The notes beneath the pieces are model-generated. The model saw only the letters and a program-made list of their open reading frames with translations. It made no database searches and was not told where the DNA came from. The translations under genes were made by a program, and so were the position numbers. From Hyphomicrobiales bacterium (lineage in GTDB: Bacteria; Pseudomonadota; Alphaproteobacteria; Rhizobiales; OSC116): a stretch of 64,000 bases of DNA. The stretch spans positions 49,826 to 113,825 of the forward strand of contig NVUH01000007.1 of NCBI GenBank assembly GCA_002401855.1, read 5' to 3'. Shown here in pieces: positions 28,022 to 38,610 of the stretch. Position 1 is the first letter of the stretch, and every line of letters starts with the position of its first letter.

Positions 28022-29026
28022 ATGAAACCAACTGCCACTCAAAAAGATGTTGCTAGGAAAGCCGGCGTATCGCAGGCCACTGTGTCGCTCGTATTAAATG
28101 GTTCAGGTGGTGGCTCTATTCCAGAATCCACGGTTTTAAAAATTAACCAGGCGATGAAGGAGCTCGGATACTCACCTAATTACATGGCGCGTGCGCTGCG
28201 CACAAATCAAACAATGACACTAGTCTGCGTGGTGCCAGACATTACCAACCCATATTATCCATTATTGGTGCGCGGTGTGCAAACTGTCGCCGAGGCTGCT
28301 GGCTATGACGTGATCACTGTTAACACTGACGGCAAAAAAGACCGTGAACTGCATTACATTAATATGGCGCGACAGGGCCGTGTAGATGGCGTTGTTGGGG
28401 TGTTTTTCGGCTTGACCATTCGCGACATGTTGCCATTTGTCGAGGTGGGCATACCAATTGTGCGACTAGAAGCGTCAGTAAAAACTGGCGGCTCCATTGC
28501 CGTCGATGATGTATTTGTCGATAACTGTCAGGCTGCTGAAGATTTAACTTCATTTCTGATGTCAAAAGGCCATCGTTCCATCGCTATGATTGCAGGTCGA
28601 GATGGACCGCAGTCGGTACGCGTGGATGGTTATCTCAAAGCACTTCAAGCCAAGGGTTTTAAAGCACGTATTCAACTAGACGATGCCTTCACCGAAGAAG
28701 GCGGCGCACGTGCGGCCACAGTTTTGCTCGATGAGGGCGAGCGCCCCACTGCGATCATTGCCGCCAATGATTTGATGGCAATTGGCGCAATGCACACTTT
28801 GCTAGACCGCAATGTGTCCATTCCAGATGAAATTGCGATTGCAGGGTTTGATGACATTCCATCATCACGTTTGGTATCGCCAGCGCTAACTACAGTGACC
28901 CAGTTCCAACATAATCTAGGTGCAGAGGCTGCACGAACCTTAATTAAGAGACTCAACGGTTTAGTAACCGGGGGAGGACGAGTGACAGAACTACCCTACA
29001 AAATAATAGAAAGATCATCTACTTAA
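28022..29026 (+). CDS. LacI-family transcriptional regulator
   Basis: MKPTATQKDVARKAGVSQATVSLVLNG HTH; sugar-binding domain; ATG 28022 preferred to TTG 28010. Confidence 0.85.
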   Translation: MKPTATQKDVARKAGVSQATVSLVLNGSGGGSIPESTVLKINQAMKELGYSPNYMARALRTNQTMTLVCVVPDITNPYYPLLVRGVQTVAEAAGYDVITVNTDGKKDRELHYINMARQGRVDGVVGVFFGLTIRDMLPFVEVGIPIVRLEASVKTGGSIAVDDVFVDNCQAAEDLTSFLMSKGHRSIAMIAGRDGPQSVRVDGYLKALQAKGFKARIQLDDAFTEEGGARAATVLLDEGERPTAIIAANDLMAIGAMHTLLDRNVSIPDEIAIAGFDDIPSSRLVSPALTTVTQFQHNLGAEAARTLIKRLNGLVTGGGRVTELPYKIIERSST

Positions 29027-29048
29027 ACGTTCATTAATGGAGGAAATA

Positions 29049-30359
29049 ATGACACATAAACTAACACTTATAGCAGGCGCTATTGCTGCTTTCACAACGG
29101 CTCAAGCCGCTTTGGCGCAAGAGCCAGTTACTTGGTGGTACGAGGCTGCAAACCCGGAGCAGCAGGCTGCGCTAGGCGAATTTATGATAGATAAATTTAA
29201 CGCCGCAAACCCTGAACATGTATTGACTATTGACTATCGCGGTAACGAGTTGGATCGGCAATTACGTATAGCATTGCTTTCAGGCACTGGGCCTGATGTG
29301 GTGAACACCCCTGGCCCTTCATTTGTGGCGACCATGGCGCGCGCTGGCCAACTGATGCCACTAGATGACATCGCGGCTGAAATGGGTTGGAATGACCGCA
29401 TTTTGCCATTTTTTATGGATTTAGGCCGATTTGACGGCCATCTTTACGCTTTGCCCAAAACCTATGAAACACTGGGCTTGTTTTACAACAAAGCGCTGTT
29501 TACCGAAAACGGCTGGACACCACCAACAACATTGGCGGAATTGGACACTTTGGCAGAGGCGATGATGGCAAAAGACATCATACCTTTTGGTTCAGGTAAT
29601 TCAGGTTGGCGCCCTTCCAACGAATGGCAGGTGTCTATTGCGTTAAATTCCATTGCTGGGCCAGACAATGTACAAAAGGCATTGAAGGGCGAATTACCAT
29701 GGACGGCCGAACCGTTTGTTAAAGCGATTAATGCGCTCGACGGATGGTGGGACAAAGGTTATTTCGGACCTGATTACTTTTCGCTTAATGGTGAACAAGT
29801 TATGGCAAATTTGGCCGATGGCACTGCAGGTATGGCGCCAACAGGCACTTGGAACTTTGGCATCGTACCTGAGTATTTTAAAGGCAGGTTCGAAGATGTC
29901 GGCTTTGTTGGCTTTCCCAGCGGCGAAGGTGTCTCTTATCCGATCTATGCGTTGGGTATAGGCTCGACTTTCTCCATCTCTGCCAAGGCACAGAACCCAG
30001 AAGGTGCCGCGAAAGTGATTGACCAGGTGTTTTCCGAAAACTTCTACACAGACATCAACAATGTTTGGCAGGGTGAATGGAATGTGCCGTTACGTGACCT
30101 CAGTAATTTGAAGCTTAGCGATGATGTGATCCCTCTTTACTCAAGCGCGATGGCAAATTTAGCATCTGCGGTGAATGAAAACCAATATGGTTATACAACT
30201 TGGACATTCATGCCCCCTGCAACAAATTCCTATCTTGTTAGTGGCATTGAAGAAGTTTGGTTGGACTCTCTCACCACCGAAGATTTCTTAGCTGAAATGG
30301 ATAAAATATTCCAACAGGAATTGGCTGAAGGCAAAGTTGCTGAAATTCCAGCACGCTAA
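29049..30359 (+). CDS. Sugar ABC transporter substrate-binding protein (family 1 extracellular solute-binding)
   Basis: Signal peptide MTHKLTLIAGAIAAFTTAQAALA; GGAGG SD before ATG 29049. Confidence 0.85.
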   Translation: MTHKLTLIAGAIAAFTTAQAALAQEPVTWWYEAANPEQQAALGEFMIDKFNAANPEHVLTIDYRGNELDRQLRIALLSGTGPDVVNTPGPSFVATMARAGQLMPLDDIAAEMGWNDRILPFFMDLGRFDGHLYALPKTYETLGLFYNKALFTENGWTPPTTLAELDTLAEAMMAKDIIPFGSGNSGWRPSNEWQVSIALNSIAGPDNVQKALKGELPWTAEPFVKAINALDGWWDKGYFGPDYFSLNGEQVMANLADGTAGMAPTGTWNFGIVPEYFKGRFEDVGFVGFPSGEGVSYPIYALGIGSTFSISAKAQNPEGAAKVIDQVFSENFYTDINNVWQGEWNVPLRDLSNLKLSDDVIPLYSSAMANLASAVNENQYGYTTWTFMPPATNSYLVSGIEEVWLDSLTTEDFLAEMDKIFQQELAEGKVAEIPAR

Positions 30360-30424
30360 GCCAAACAAACTGAACGGGGCGGCGGTAAAGTCGCCGCCCA
30401 ATTTCTCAAAGCCATGGGGTTTAC

Positions 30425-31270
30425 ATGCATCGTTTATTCGTCATTCCGACACTGTTAATCAATGTGTCGATCATTCTTATACCTGCTTTGTTGACGGTCG
30501 TTTTGGCCTTCTATCGGTGGGATGGTATTTCGGATCCAACTTTTATTGGGTTTGCTAATTTTGAAAAATTATGGGGTGATCGCATTTTTTGGAAGGCACT
30601 CAAAAATAATTTTATTTGGACCGCTATGTTCCTGATATTCCCGATCGCGACGGGTCTTTTGGCGGCGTCATTATTGTTGATCATTCGGCGGGGGCGGACA
30701 CTCTTGCAGGTCATATATTTTCTACCGATGATCATTGCAACGGTGATCACCGCACGGATTTGGCAGGGTATGATTTATAACCCGCAAAACGGTATTTTGG
30801 CAATGCTTAACCAATATGGATTTGAACTTAGAGACCCGCTTTCGCAGACTTCGACAGCTTTATTTGGCGTCGCTGTGGTTGATCTTTGGCATTGGTGGGG
30901 GTTTATGGCGGTGATTTTCTTTGCCGCGATGCGCCAAGTGTCGCAAGAACAGATCGAAAGCGCCCGTATAGAAGGGGCTAACTATTTTCAACTCATGCGG
31001 TGGGTGTTGATTCCAGCGATCAAGCCAACCATTGCCTTGATGATGATTATGACTGTAATTTGGTCGTTCTTAGTTTTTGATTTTATTTACATCATGACGC
31101 AAGGCGGGCCCGCTTTTTCAAGCGAAGTGCTGAGCACGATGGCCTATCGCAAAGCTTTCTATGAACTTGATGTTGGGTACGCCGCCACTTCGGCGCTTGT
31201 TATAAGCCTGTTTGGCCTGACCGCGGCATTTTTCTACATAAGAATCCAAAATAAGGAGGGTGTCGAATGA
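30425..31270 (+). CDS. Sugar ABC permease (MalF/UgpA-like)
   Basis: 281-aa membrane protein with EAA-like ESARIEGANYFQLMRWVLIPAIKP. Confidence 0.85.
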   Translation: MHRLFVIPTLLINVSIILIPALLTVVLAFYRWDGISDPTFIGFANFEKLWGDRIFWKALKNNFIWTAMFLIFPIATGLLAASLLLIIRRGRTLLQVIYFLPMIIATVITARIWQGMIYNPQNGILAMLNQYGFELRDPLSQTSTALFGVAVVDLWHWWGFMAVIFFAAMRQVSQEQIESARIEGANYFQLMRWVLIPAIKPTIALMMIMTVIWSFLVFDFIYIMTQGGPAFSSEVLSTMAYRKAFYELDVGYAATSALVISLFGLTAAFFYIRIQNKEGVE

Positions 31271-32100
31271 ATTTAGTTGAAAGTCGAACGACGACGACCA
31301 TCATATATGTAATTTTGGGTGTTGCTGCCTTTACAGCTCTGTTTCCAATCGCGCTAATGGTCTTAAACTCACTCAAGACAACACCAGAAATTGCTGCCAG
31401 CCCACTGGCACTACCATTGGTGCCTCATTGGGATAATTATGCCCACGCATGGCAGGGCGCAAAATTCAGTCAAACGTTTATTAATTCCGCCGTGCTGATG
31501 TTAACGACAATCTTTTTGGTGCTATCAACCGGTTCATTGACCGCTTACGTACTGGCGCGTAAGAAAATCAAAACGTGGAAACTGGTCACTGCATATCTTC
31601 TTGCGACGACAACCGCGCCGATCCAACTTTTCCTATTTCCGCTTTATTTTGGGTTTGCCAAGTTAGGCCTTATCAATAATGTCTTCGCCGTCTCGGTGGT
31701 TTATTGCGCGCTGTTTTCGCCATTCTCAATCATGTTATTGCGCACCTATTTTCTTGCCGTGCCAAAAGAGCTAGAGGAGGCGGCACTGGTCGACGGCGCA
31801 ACACCGTGGCAAGTGTTTTCCAAAGTTTATTTGCCAATGGTTTGGCCTGGCCTGTTGACCGTGGCGCTCATCGTGGGGCTTTACACATGGAACGAATTCT
31901 TGATTGCCACCACGTTTCTTCAGGCATCTGAATCGCGAACCGCAGTTGTGTCCTACTTCCTGCTCTCTGGGCAATATTCCACTGATTGGGGTGATCTTAT
32001 GGCTGGTGCCATGCTGGTCACTGCCCCCATCGTTATTCTATTCATCTTCCTGCAACGTCACTTCATCGAAGGTATGACTGGCGGGTCAGTCAAAGGTTAA
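31267..32100 (+). CDS. Sugar ABC permease (MalG/UgpE-like)
   Basis: 277 aa; EEAALVDGATPWQVFSKVYLPMVWPG EAA loop; 4-nt overlap with upstream gene. Confidence 0.85.
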   Translation: MNLVESRTTTTIIYVILGVAAFTALFPIALMVLNSLKTTPEIAASPLALPLVPHWDNYAHAWQGAKFSQTFINSAVLMLTTIFLVLSTGSLTAYVLARKKIKTWKLVTAYLLATTTAPIQLFLFPLYFGFAKLGLINNVFAVSVVYCALFSPFSIMLLRTYFLAVPKELEEAALVDGATPWQVFSKVYLPMVWPGLLTVALIVGLYTWNEFLIATTFLQASESRTAVVSYFLLSGQYSTDWGDLMAGAMLVTAPIVILFIFLQRHFIEGMTGGSVKG

Positions 32101-32112
32101 AGAGGTATCAAA

Positions 32113-34182
32113 ATGTCACTTCCAAATGATTATCTGGAGCGCGTCTATGCAGGCGTTCTCGGCAAACTAATCGGTGTTTATCTGGGCCGCCCTTTTGAAG
32201 GATGGACCTATGATAAGATTATGAAAGAATTGGGGCCGATTGAATATTATGTTCACGAAAAACTGGGCGACCCTCTGGTCATTACAGATGATGACGTGGC
32301 CGGTACCTTCACTTTCATACGGGCGCTAGAGGATTATGACCTGTCAGAAAACCTATCGGCAGAAGATATTGGTAAATTATGGTTGAACTATATCGTTGAA
32401 AAGCGCGCAATCCTTTGGTGGGGCGGTAATGGCAATTCGACGGAGCATACAGCGTGGCTGAACCTGAAGCGCGGCATACCCGCACCTGCAAGCGGCTCAA
32501 TTGAAACCAATGGTCTCACTGTTGCCGAACAAATCGGCGCACAAATATTCATTGACGGCTGGGCGCTTGTCGCCCCCGGCAAGCCCGCGTTAGCTGCAAA
32601 ACTTGCGAAACAAGCGGGCAGCGTGAGCCACGATGGCGAAAGCGTTTATGCAGGAATGTTATGGGCGGCAATGGAAGCCGAGGCTTTTTTATCGGCTGAC
32701 ATTGACCACTTGCTAGACACTGGGTTGGCTCAAATTCCCGCAAGCAGCAAGATTGCCAAATTGATAGCTGACATTCGCGGTTGGCATGCTCAAATGCCAG
32801 ACTGGCGTGACTGTCGGCAAAAAATTCAGGACAATTATGGTTATGATAAATACAGCGGAAACTGCCACGTTATGCCTAACCATGCGTTGATGATCATGAC
32901 GATGCTATATGCGCCAGATGATTTTTCAAAAGGTCAGATGATCGTCAACACTTCGGGTTGGGATACAGATTGCAACGCGGGCAATGTTGGCTGCTTGCAT
33001 GGCATTATGCTCGGTCTTGAGGGCTTGAATATGGGCCCAGATTGGCGTGGACCGATTGCAGATCGAATGTTGATTTCCTCGGCTGACGGTGGTAACTCGA
33101 TTAACGACGCCGTCCGCATGGCGTATTATATTGCCAACCTTGGGCGGCAGTTGGATGGGCAGCCCGCACTTGATGCCCCCAAAGACGGCGCGCAGTTCCA
33201 TTTTTCCTTATCAGGGTCAGTACAAGGCTTCCAATTGGTCAGTGGTGAGGGCGCAGTGTCACCAAGCAACGACGCCCTTGAGATTAGTAGCAATGGCGGC
33301 GCGGTGGTGGCAACAACGCCTATGTTTGCGCCGCTGGATGTCATTCGGATGCGTACTTATGACCTGATGGCAACGCCGTTGGTGTATTCTGGTCAAAAGG
33401 TTTCAGCATGCGTCACCGCCTCTTTGCAAAACGACAAGCCGATTACAGTTGCATTACGGATGCGCCACTATGGCGCAAATGATATTTTGGTGGATTGCAC
33501 CAGCCCAACACGAATGTTGGAGCCGGGTGAAGAAGCAATGCTGGATTGGATTTTGCCAGACACAGGCGCCCAACCTATCGCTGAGATGGGACTGATGATT
33601 GATAGCCGAGATGGCGGAACGGTCATGCTAGATTGTATGGGGTGGTCAGGCACCCCAGAATTGACATTGACCAAACCTAAAGAGGAAGGCGATTTTTGGC
33701 ACCGCGCTTGGGTCAATGGAGTGGATGTATTTTCCAAACATTTTCCTGAGAGTTTTCATATTTCGCATGATCGCGGCGAGGGGGTGATTTTACATGGCAC
33801 ACGCGATTGGGTTGATTACACCGTCGAGGCTGATTTGGTTGTTCATCTTGGCTCTAGTGCTGGTGTCATTGCACGCGCCCAAGGGCTGCGTCGCTATTAT
33901 GCTGCACGGGTCACACGTGATGGCAAATTCGAATTGGTACGGCAGTATGATGACACATTTGAGGTTTTAGCTTCGGCTGAAATATCTATGGCGTTTGACG
34001 AGACAATACCCATCACCCTTACGGTCAATGGACTAAATCTGAGCGCCGTAACGGGGGACACGTCCTTATCAGTTACAGACACTTCAGATGTTGCCATTTC
34101 TTGTGGTGCCATCGGCCTAATGGTTGCAGATGGCGCGGCATCAGCGAATACAGTGCGGGTTTCTGCACCAAAAGGAGCCTAA
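32113..34182 (+). CDS. ADP-ribosylglycohydrolase-family domain fused to an approximately 350-aa C-terminal beta-sandwich-like region
   Basis: N-terminal about 340 aa: YAGVLGKLIGVYLGRPFEGW, TDDDVAGT, GWDTDCNAGNVGCLHGIMLG (ARH metal-site motifs); the C-terminal half (HGTRDWVDYTVEADLVV...YYAARVTRDGKFELV) looks jelly-roll/LamG-like by eye only. Confidence 0.75.
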   Translation: MSLPNDYLERVYAGVLGKLIGVYLGRPFEGWTYDKIMKELGPIEYYVHEKLGDPLVITDDDVAGTFTFIRALEDYDLSENLSAEDIGKLWLNYIVEKRAILWWGGNGNSTEHTAWLNLKRGIPAPASGSIETNGLTVAEQIGAQIFIDGWALVAPGKPALAAKLAKQAGSVSHDGESVYAGMLWAAMEAEAFLSADIDHLLDTGLAQIPASSKIAKLIADIRGWHAQMPDWRDCRQKIQDNYGYDKYSGNCHVMPNHALMIMTMLYAPDDFSKGQMIVNTSGWDTDCNAGNVGCLHGIMLGLEGLNMGPDWRGPIADRMLISSADGGNSINDAVRMAYYIANLGRQLDGQPALDAPKDGAQFHFSLSGSVQGFQLVSGEGAVSPSNDALEISSNGGAVVATTPMFAPLDVIRMRTYDLMATPLVYSGQKVSACVTASLQNDKPITVALRMRHYGANDILVDCTSPTRMLEPGEEAMLDWILPDTGAQPIAEMGLMIDSRDGGTVMLDCMGWSGTPELTLTKPKEEGDFWHRAWVNGVDVFSKHFPESFHISHDRGEGVILHGTRDWVDYTVEADLVVHLGSSAGVIARAQGLRRYYAARVTRDGKFELVRQYDDTFEVLASAEISMAFDETIPITLTVNGLNLSAVTGDTSLSVTDTSDVAISCGAIGLMVADGAASANTVRVSAPKGA

Positions 34183-34185
34183 ATA

Positions 34186-35250
34186 ATGGCACAAGTGAAT
34201 ATTCAAAATGTTGAGAAATCTTTTGGCGAAACCGAAGTCCTTAAAGATATATCGCTTTCAATTGAAGATGGCGAATTTCTGGTTCTTGTGGGGCCATCTG
34301 GTTGCGGAAAATCGACCTTGTTGCGGATGATCGCAGGGCTAGAAGACATCACCAGCGGTGACATTTCTATCGGCGACAAAGTGGTCAACAATCTGCCGCC
34401 AAAAGAGCGTGACATTTCCATGGTCTTTCAAAATTATGCACTCTACCCGCATTTGACCGTTGCCCAAAATATGGGGTTCTCTTTAATGTTGGCGCATGCA
34501 CCAAAGGCAGAACAGAAACGCCGTGTGCAAGAAGTTGCAGTTATTCTTGGTTTGACAGATTTGCTGGAACGTAAGCCAAAACAATTATCGGGAGGCCAAA
34601 GGCAGCGTGTTGCCATGGGCCGCGCGATCGTGCGTGATCCAAAAGTATATTTATTTGATGAACCTTTATCAAACCTTGATGCGAAGTTACGCGTGGCAAT
34701 GCGCGCCGAAATTAAATTGATGCATCAAAAAATCAAAACCACCTCAGTATATGTGACCCATGATCAGGTCGAAGCGATGACCATGGCCAACCGCATCGCA
34801 GTGATGAATGCTGGCCGTATTGAACAGGTTGGCCAACCGCTCGAAATATATGACAATCCAAAAAATGTGTTTGTCGCCGGGTTTATTGGCACGCCATCAA
34901 TGAACCTATTATCGGCAACGGTGGATCTTTCAAGAAATACGCCGCGTGCAGTATTGACCCCAGATTTGTCCTTGCCCTTGCCACTGAACACGACTTTGAA
35001 AGATGGCCAAAAAATCACCTACGGAATTCGCCCCGAACATTTAAATATCTCTTCTAAGGGAGCGCCTGCAAAAGTGAATGTGATTGAACCGACGGGGTCT
35101 GAGACCCATATAATGTTGAGTTTTGGCGAAACTTCGCTGGTTGTAGTCGCGCGTGATCGGCTGGCTTTGTCGCCAGAAGAAATGGTAAATGTTGCGCCAG
35201 ATTTGTCCCGAGTTATGATTTTTGATTTGGATTCTGGCGAACGCCTATGA
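34186..35250 (+). CDS. Sugar ABC ATP-binding protein (MalK/UgpC-like)
   Basis: GPSGCGKST, LSGGQRQRVAMGRA, YLFDEPLSNLD; C-terminal TOBE-like region. Confidence 0.9.
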   Translation: MAQVNIQNVEKSFGETEVLKDISLSIEDGEFLVLVGPSGCGKSTLLRMIAGLEDITSGDISIGDKVVNNLPPKERDISMVFQNYALYPHLTVAQNMGFSLMLAHAPKAEQKRRVQEVAVILGLTDLLERKPKQLSGGQRQRVAMGRAIVRDPKVYLFDEPLSNLDAKLRVAMRAEIKLMHQKIKTTSVYVTHDQVEAMTMANRIAVMNAGRIEQVGQPLEIYDNPKNVFVAGFIGTPSMNLLSATVDLSRNTPRAVLTPDLSLPLPLNTTLKDGQKITYGIRPEHLNISSKGAPAKVNVIEPTGSETHIMLSFGETSLVVVARDRLALSPEEMVNVAPDLSRVMIFDLDSGERL

Positions 35251-36119
35251 GCATCTTAAATATAGGCTCGCTCAATCTTGATATAGTTTATAGAGTTTCT
35301 TGTTTGCCACTAGCTGGGGAAACCGTGAAAGCTCTGAATAAGTCGATTTATTTGGGCGGCAAGGGGTTAAATCAATCAGTTGCCATTGCCATGGCTGGTG
35401 GTGATGTGAAGCATTTCGGCGTGATATCTAGTGATGACGAATGGATAATAAGCAAATTACTCAAGTGCGGGGTGGATTGCAATTTTATTAGCAAAACCCA
35501 ACAAGCAGACACGGGGCAAGCGATTATTTTTGTGGCCGAAAATGGTGATAATTCAATTGTGCTTTTATCTGGTGCAAACCACTTTTTGAAAGAAAGTGAG
35601 TTGGAGGCAGCGCTTGATGAATTTTCAAACAGTGACTGGCTTCTGACCCAAAATGAAACCAATGCCGCTGAATATGGCATTGAATTAGCCAGAAATCGTG
35701 GCCTGTCTATTGCTTATTCGGCGGCTCCATTTGATCTTCAAAAATTGTTGCCTATTTTACCCAAGATAGATTTATTGTCAGTCAATGAAATTGAATATGA
35801 GCAATTGATCGCCGCTATTGGGGACATTCATTGCCTTCCTAAAAATCAAGCTTTGTTAATTACCAAGGGAGCTAGTGGTGCAGAATATATTAAAGATGAC
35901 GCTCGTATAAATGTGGATGCTTATGCAGCGAATGCAGTTGACACAACAGGTGCTGGTGATACATTTTTAGGGTATTTTTTAGCTATGTTAGATGTTGGAA
36001 AAGAAATTGAAGATTGCATGAAATTTGCGTCGATAGCTGCTGGTTTACAAGTGATGAAACAAGGCGCATCGAATTCTATTCCTTCAATTGAACAGGTTAA
36101 AATTCATTTTGAAGGCTAG
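35247..36119 (+). CDS. rbsK: Ribokinase (PfkB family)
   Basis: GGKGLNQSVAIAMAGG and DTTGAGDTFLGYFLA motifs; 4-nt overlap with ATPase gene. Confidence 0.7.
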   Translation: MSILNIGSLNLDIVYRVSCLPLAGETVKALNKSIYLGGKGLNQSVAIAMAGGDVKHFGVISSDDEWIISKLLKCGVDCNFISKTQQADTGQAIIFVAENGDNSIVLLSGANHFLKESELEAALDEFSNSDWLLTQNETNAAEYGIELARNRGLSIAYSAAPFDLQKLLPILPKIDLLSVNEIEYEQLIAAIGDIHCLPKNQALLITKGASGAEYIKDDARINVDAYAANAVDTTGAGDTFLGYFLAMLDVGKEIEDCMKFASIAAGLQVMKQGASNSIPSIEQVKIHFEG

Positions 36120-36235
36120 CAGTTATTTTCTCCCAGCCTTCATCGGTTAGATTTCTTATCTCCTTGATATTCTTTTTTATGCAAATATTGCGCTATGATA
36201 CAATTTTTGAGACGATCAAAAATTAAATCATCACA

Positions 36236-37174
36236 TCAATTTTGTTTGCACCAAGATTGATACCAGTTTTGGAAAAGAGCAAATTGTTTTTCTAAATAGT
36301 TTCGTTGGCTATCTGACAAAATATCAGTTTCATTGAAGTGCAATGCATATTCTTCATTGCCTTGTAATACCATTAAATGTTTGTAATAGAGTACTAAGTC
36401 AGCGCCTTCATCAAAGGAAGATAAGACACCTAAAGCATTTTCTAATTCAAGTGCTTTTGAGCGGGCTTTTGCATCGCCTGTTGCCGCCTTTTGGCACAAG
36501 GCCACTAGATGTAAAACTTCTTTAGGTAGTGCGTTACCAATTCCAGTTATAGCACCGCTAGCGCCGCAATTTACAAACCCGTGATATACTGCGGTATCTA
36601 CACCGATCATAAGGGTAACATCAACGTCGCGGCTGGTAATTCTTTCAGCGGCATAACGCAGGTCAGCATGACCGCCAAATTCTTTAAAGCCAACTAGATT
36701 AGGATGTTGGGAACGAATATCAAAAAACAAATCTTCGCGCGTTGCAAAGCCGTAATAGGGACTATTGTAAATAACAGAATCCAAATCTGGTGCTGCAGAA
36801 AGTACGCTAGAGAAATGCGCCCGCTGGGCAGCCACAGATGTACCGCGTGACAATACCCGAGGAATGACCATCAAGCCTTGTGCCCCAACTTTTTGTGCAT
36901 GCGCAGCATGTTCAACCGCTTTCGCCGTGTTGACTGCGCCCGTTCCAACAATAACCGGAACACCAGCTTTTACCAACTGGGCCACGCCTTCTTGGCGCTC
37001 TTCGTCAGTTAGTAAGGGCCAGTCGCCCATTGAACCACAATATACAACAGCCGACATTCCGTCGCTGATTAATTCTTTGCCCTTACGCACGAGTGCTGCA
37101 AAATCGGGGCGTCGGTCAGCTGTGCAAGGTGTCATTAGCGCAGGCATGCAACCAGAGAATATGTTAGAAGTCAT
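36236..37174 (-). CDS. DHDPS/N-acetylneuraminate-lyase-family aldolase or dehydratase
   Basis: MPALMTPC...VYCGSMGDWPLLTDEERQ...; AAGGA SD before ATG 37174 (longer ORF-track start 37279 rejected). Confidence 0.8.
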   Translation of the reverse strand: MTSNIFSGCMPALMTPCTADRRPDFAALVRKGKELISDGMSAVVYCGSMGDWPLLTDEERQEGVAQLVKAGVPVIVGTGAVNTAKAVEHAAHAQKVGAQGLMVIPRVLSRGTSVAAQRAHFSSVLSAAPDLDSVIYNSPYYGFATREDLFFDIRSQHPNLVGFKEFGGHADLRYAAERITSRDVDVTLMIGVDTAVYHGFVNCGASGAITGIGNALPKEVLHLVALCQKAATGDAKARSKALELENALGVLSSFDEGADLVLYYKHLMVLQGNEEYALHFNETDILSDSQRNYLEKQFALFQNWYQSWCKQN

Positions 37175-37293
37175 GTGTTTCCTTAATTTTTTAATTTCAG
37201 ACAAAGCCGTAAAACAGATTTGCCATATTTGATTTATCTGCCATTGGGCAGGAGTTTTACTGTTAATAATGGCTTTCAATATGAGGCGGTTAA

Positions 37294-38610
37294 TTATAGC
37301 CCGACTAATAGAGTTGGTAAATATGTCGCCACTCCAGGAATAAATGCAACAACAATCAGCACTAGCAATTGTATCATAACAAATGGAATGACGCCGCGAT
37401 ACATATGTTTATAGGTTAAGTTAGGCGGCGCAATTGAACGAAGATAAAAAATGGATGGTGCCATGGGCGGTGTGAGATAGGATGTTTGAATAACCACCAT
37501 AACCATAACAGTAAACCATATTTGATTGATTCCAGCGGCATTAATAATAGGAATAAAAATCGGAATGAATATTAATACGATGGATATCCAATCGAGGACG
37601 AAACCGGCGATAAAAACAATAGCCAAAAGAAATAAAATTAACCCAACTTCGCCAAACTCTGCACTGACCACAAAATCTCTCACCATCTGACCGCCACCAG
37701 ATAGTGCAAATACGCTGGTAAACATGGTGCCGCCAACCACGATGAGCATGATCATGGATGTTATACGAACTGTAACGGCCAATGCTGATTTTAGTGTTTT
37801 CCATTTTAGCTCTTTAAATGCAGCCGCTAACAGCAGCGCGCCAACGGCGCCGACAGCAGCGGCTTCAGTTGGAGAGGCCGCACCGACAAGCAGTGAACCT
37901 AGAACCGCAAAAATAAGAATTAAAGGCGGCAATAGTGCCTTCACTGTGATAAGGAGTTTTGTCTTCAGCGGAATGTCATTGTCTTCCTTTGAAATGGGAG
38001 GGGCATCTTGGGGTTTTAAATATGCTCTTAACAAAATATACCCAACAAAAAATACTACCATTAACAAACCTGGAAGCATCGTGGCGGCAAATAATTGGCC
38101 AATCGACAATTGAGCCATTGAGGCATAAACCACGACCACTATTGAAGGTGGGATTATGGTGCCCAATGAGCCGCCCGCACAAATTGTACCTGCAATGAGA
38201 CTGCCATCATATTTATATTTTTGCATTGCGGGGATTGCCATTAGACCTACCACAATTTCAACCGCACCAACAACGCCTGAGGCGGCGGCAAAAACAGCGC
38301 ACATTAGAATCGTCGCGATGGCGACACCACCAGGCCAACGGCCAACCCATAATTGTAAAGCTTGGAACAGCCGAAGTGCAATGCCCGTTCGTTCAAGTAT
38401 GGTGCCCATAAAAATAAATAAGGGTATTGCCGCCAAAATAAAGTTTGAGCTGGTTGAAAGAATGGGGCCATAAAGTTGTAAAAATATTAAGTCTCCGAGA
38501 ATTAAATAGCCAAACGAAACAGATATAATAATCAGAGAAAAAGCAACGGGAATACCAAGAAACACAAGTATAAACAGCGCAGGAAATATCACAATTGGAA
38601 TGAAACTCAT
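37294..38610 (-). CDS. dctM: TRAP transporter large permease
   Basis: 438-aa polytopic protein, DctM-like throughout; 4-nt overlap with dctQ. Confidence 0.9.
   Translation of the reverse strand: MSFIPIVIFPALFILVFLGIPVAFSLIIISVSFGYLILGDLIFLQLYGPILSTSSNFILAAIPLFIFMGTILERTGIALRLFQALQLWVGRWPGGVAIATILMCAVFAAASGVVGAVEIVVGLMAIPAMQKYKYDGSLIAGTICAGGSLGTIIPPSIVVVVYASMAQLSIGQLFAATMLPGLLMVVFFVGYILLRAYLKPQDAPPISKEDNDIPLKTKLLITVKALLPPLILIFAVLGSLLVGAASPTEAAAVGAVGALLLAAAFKELKWKTLKSALAVTVRITSMIMLIVVGGTMFTSVFALSGGGQMVRDFVVSAEFGEVGLILFLLAIVFIAGFVLDWISIVLIFIPIFIPIINAAGINQIWFTVMVMVVIQTSYLTPPMAPSIFYLRSIAPPNLTYKHMYRGVIPFVMIQLLVLIVVAFIPGVATYLPTLLVGL

Noticed and set aside
37175-37279. 35-codon N-terminal extension of the DHDPS-like gene
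   Set aside because: An AAGGA Shine-Dalgarno precedes the internal ATG at 37174, and family members start near MPALMTP. The extension has no homology.
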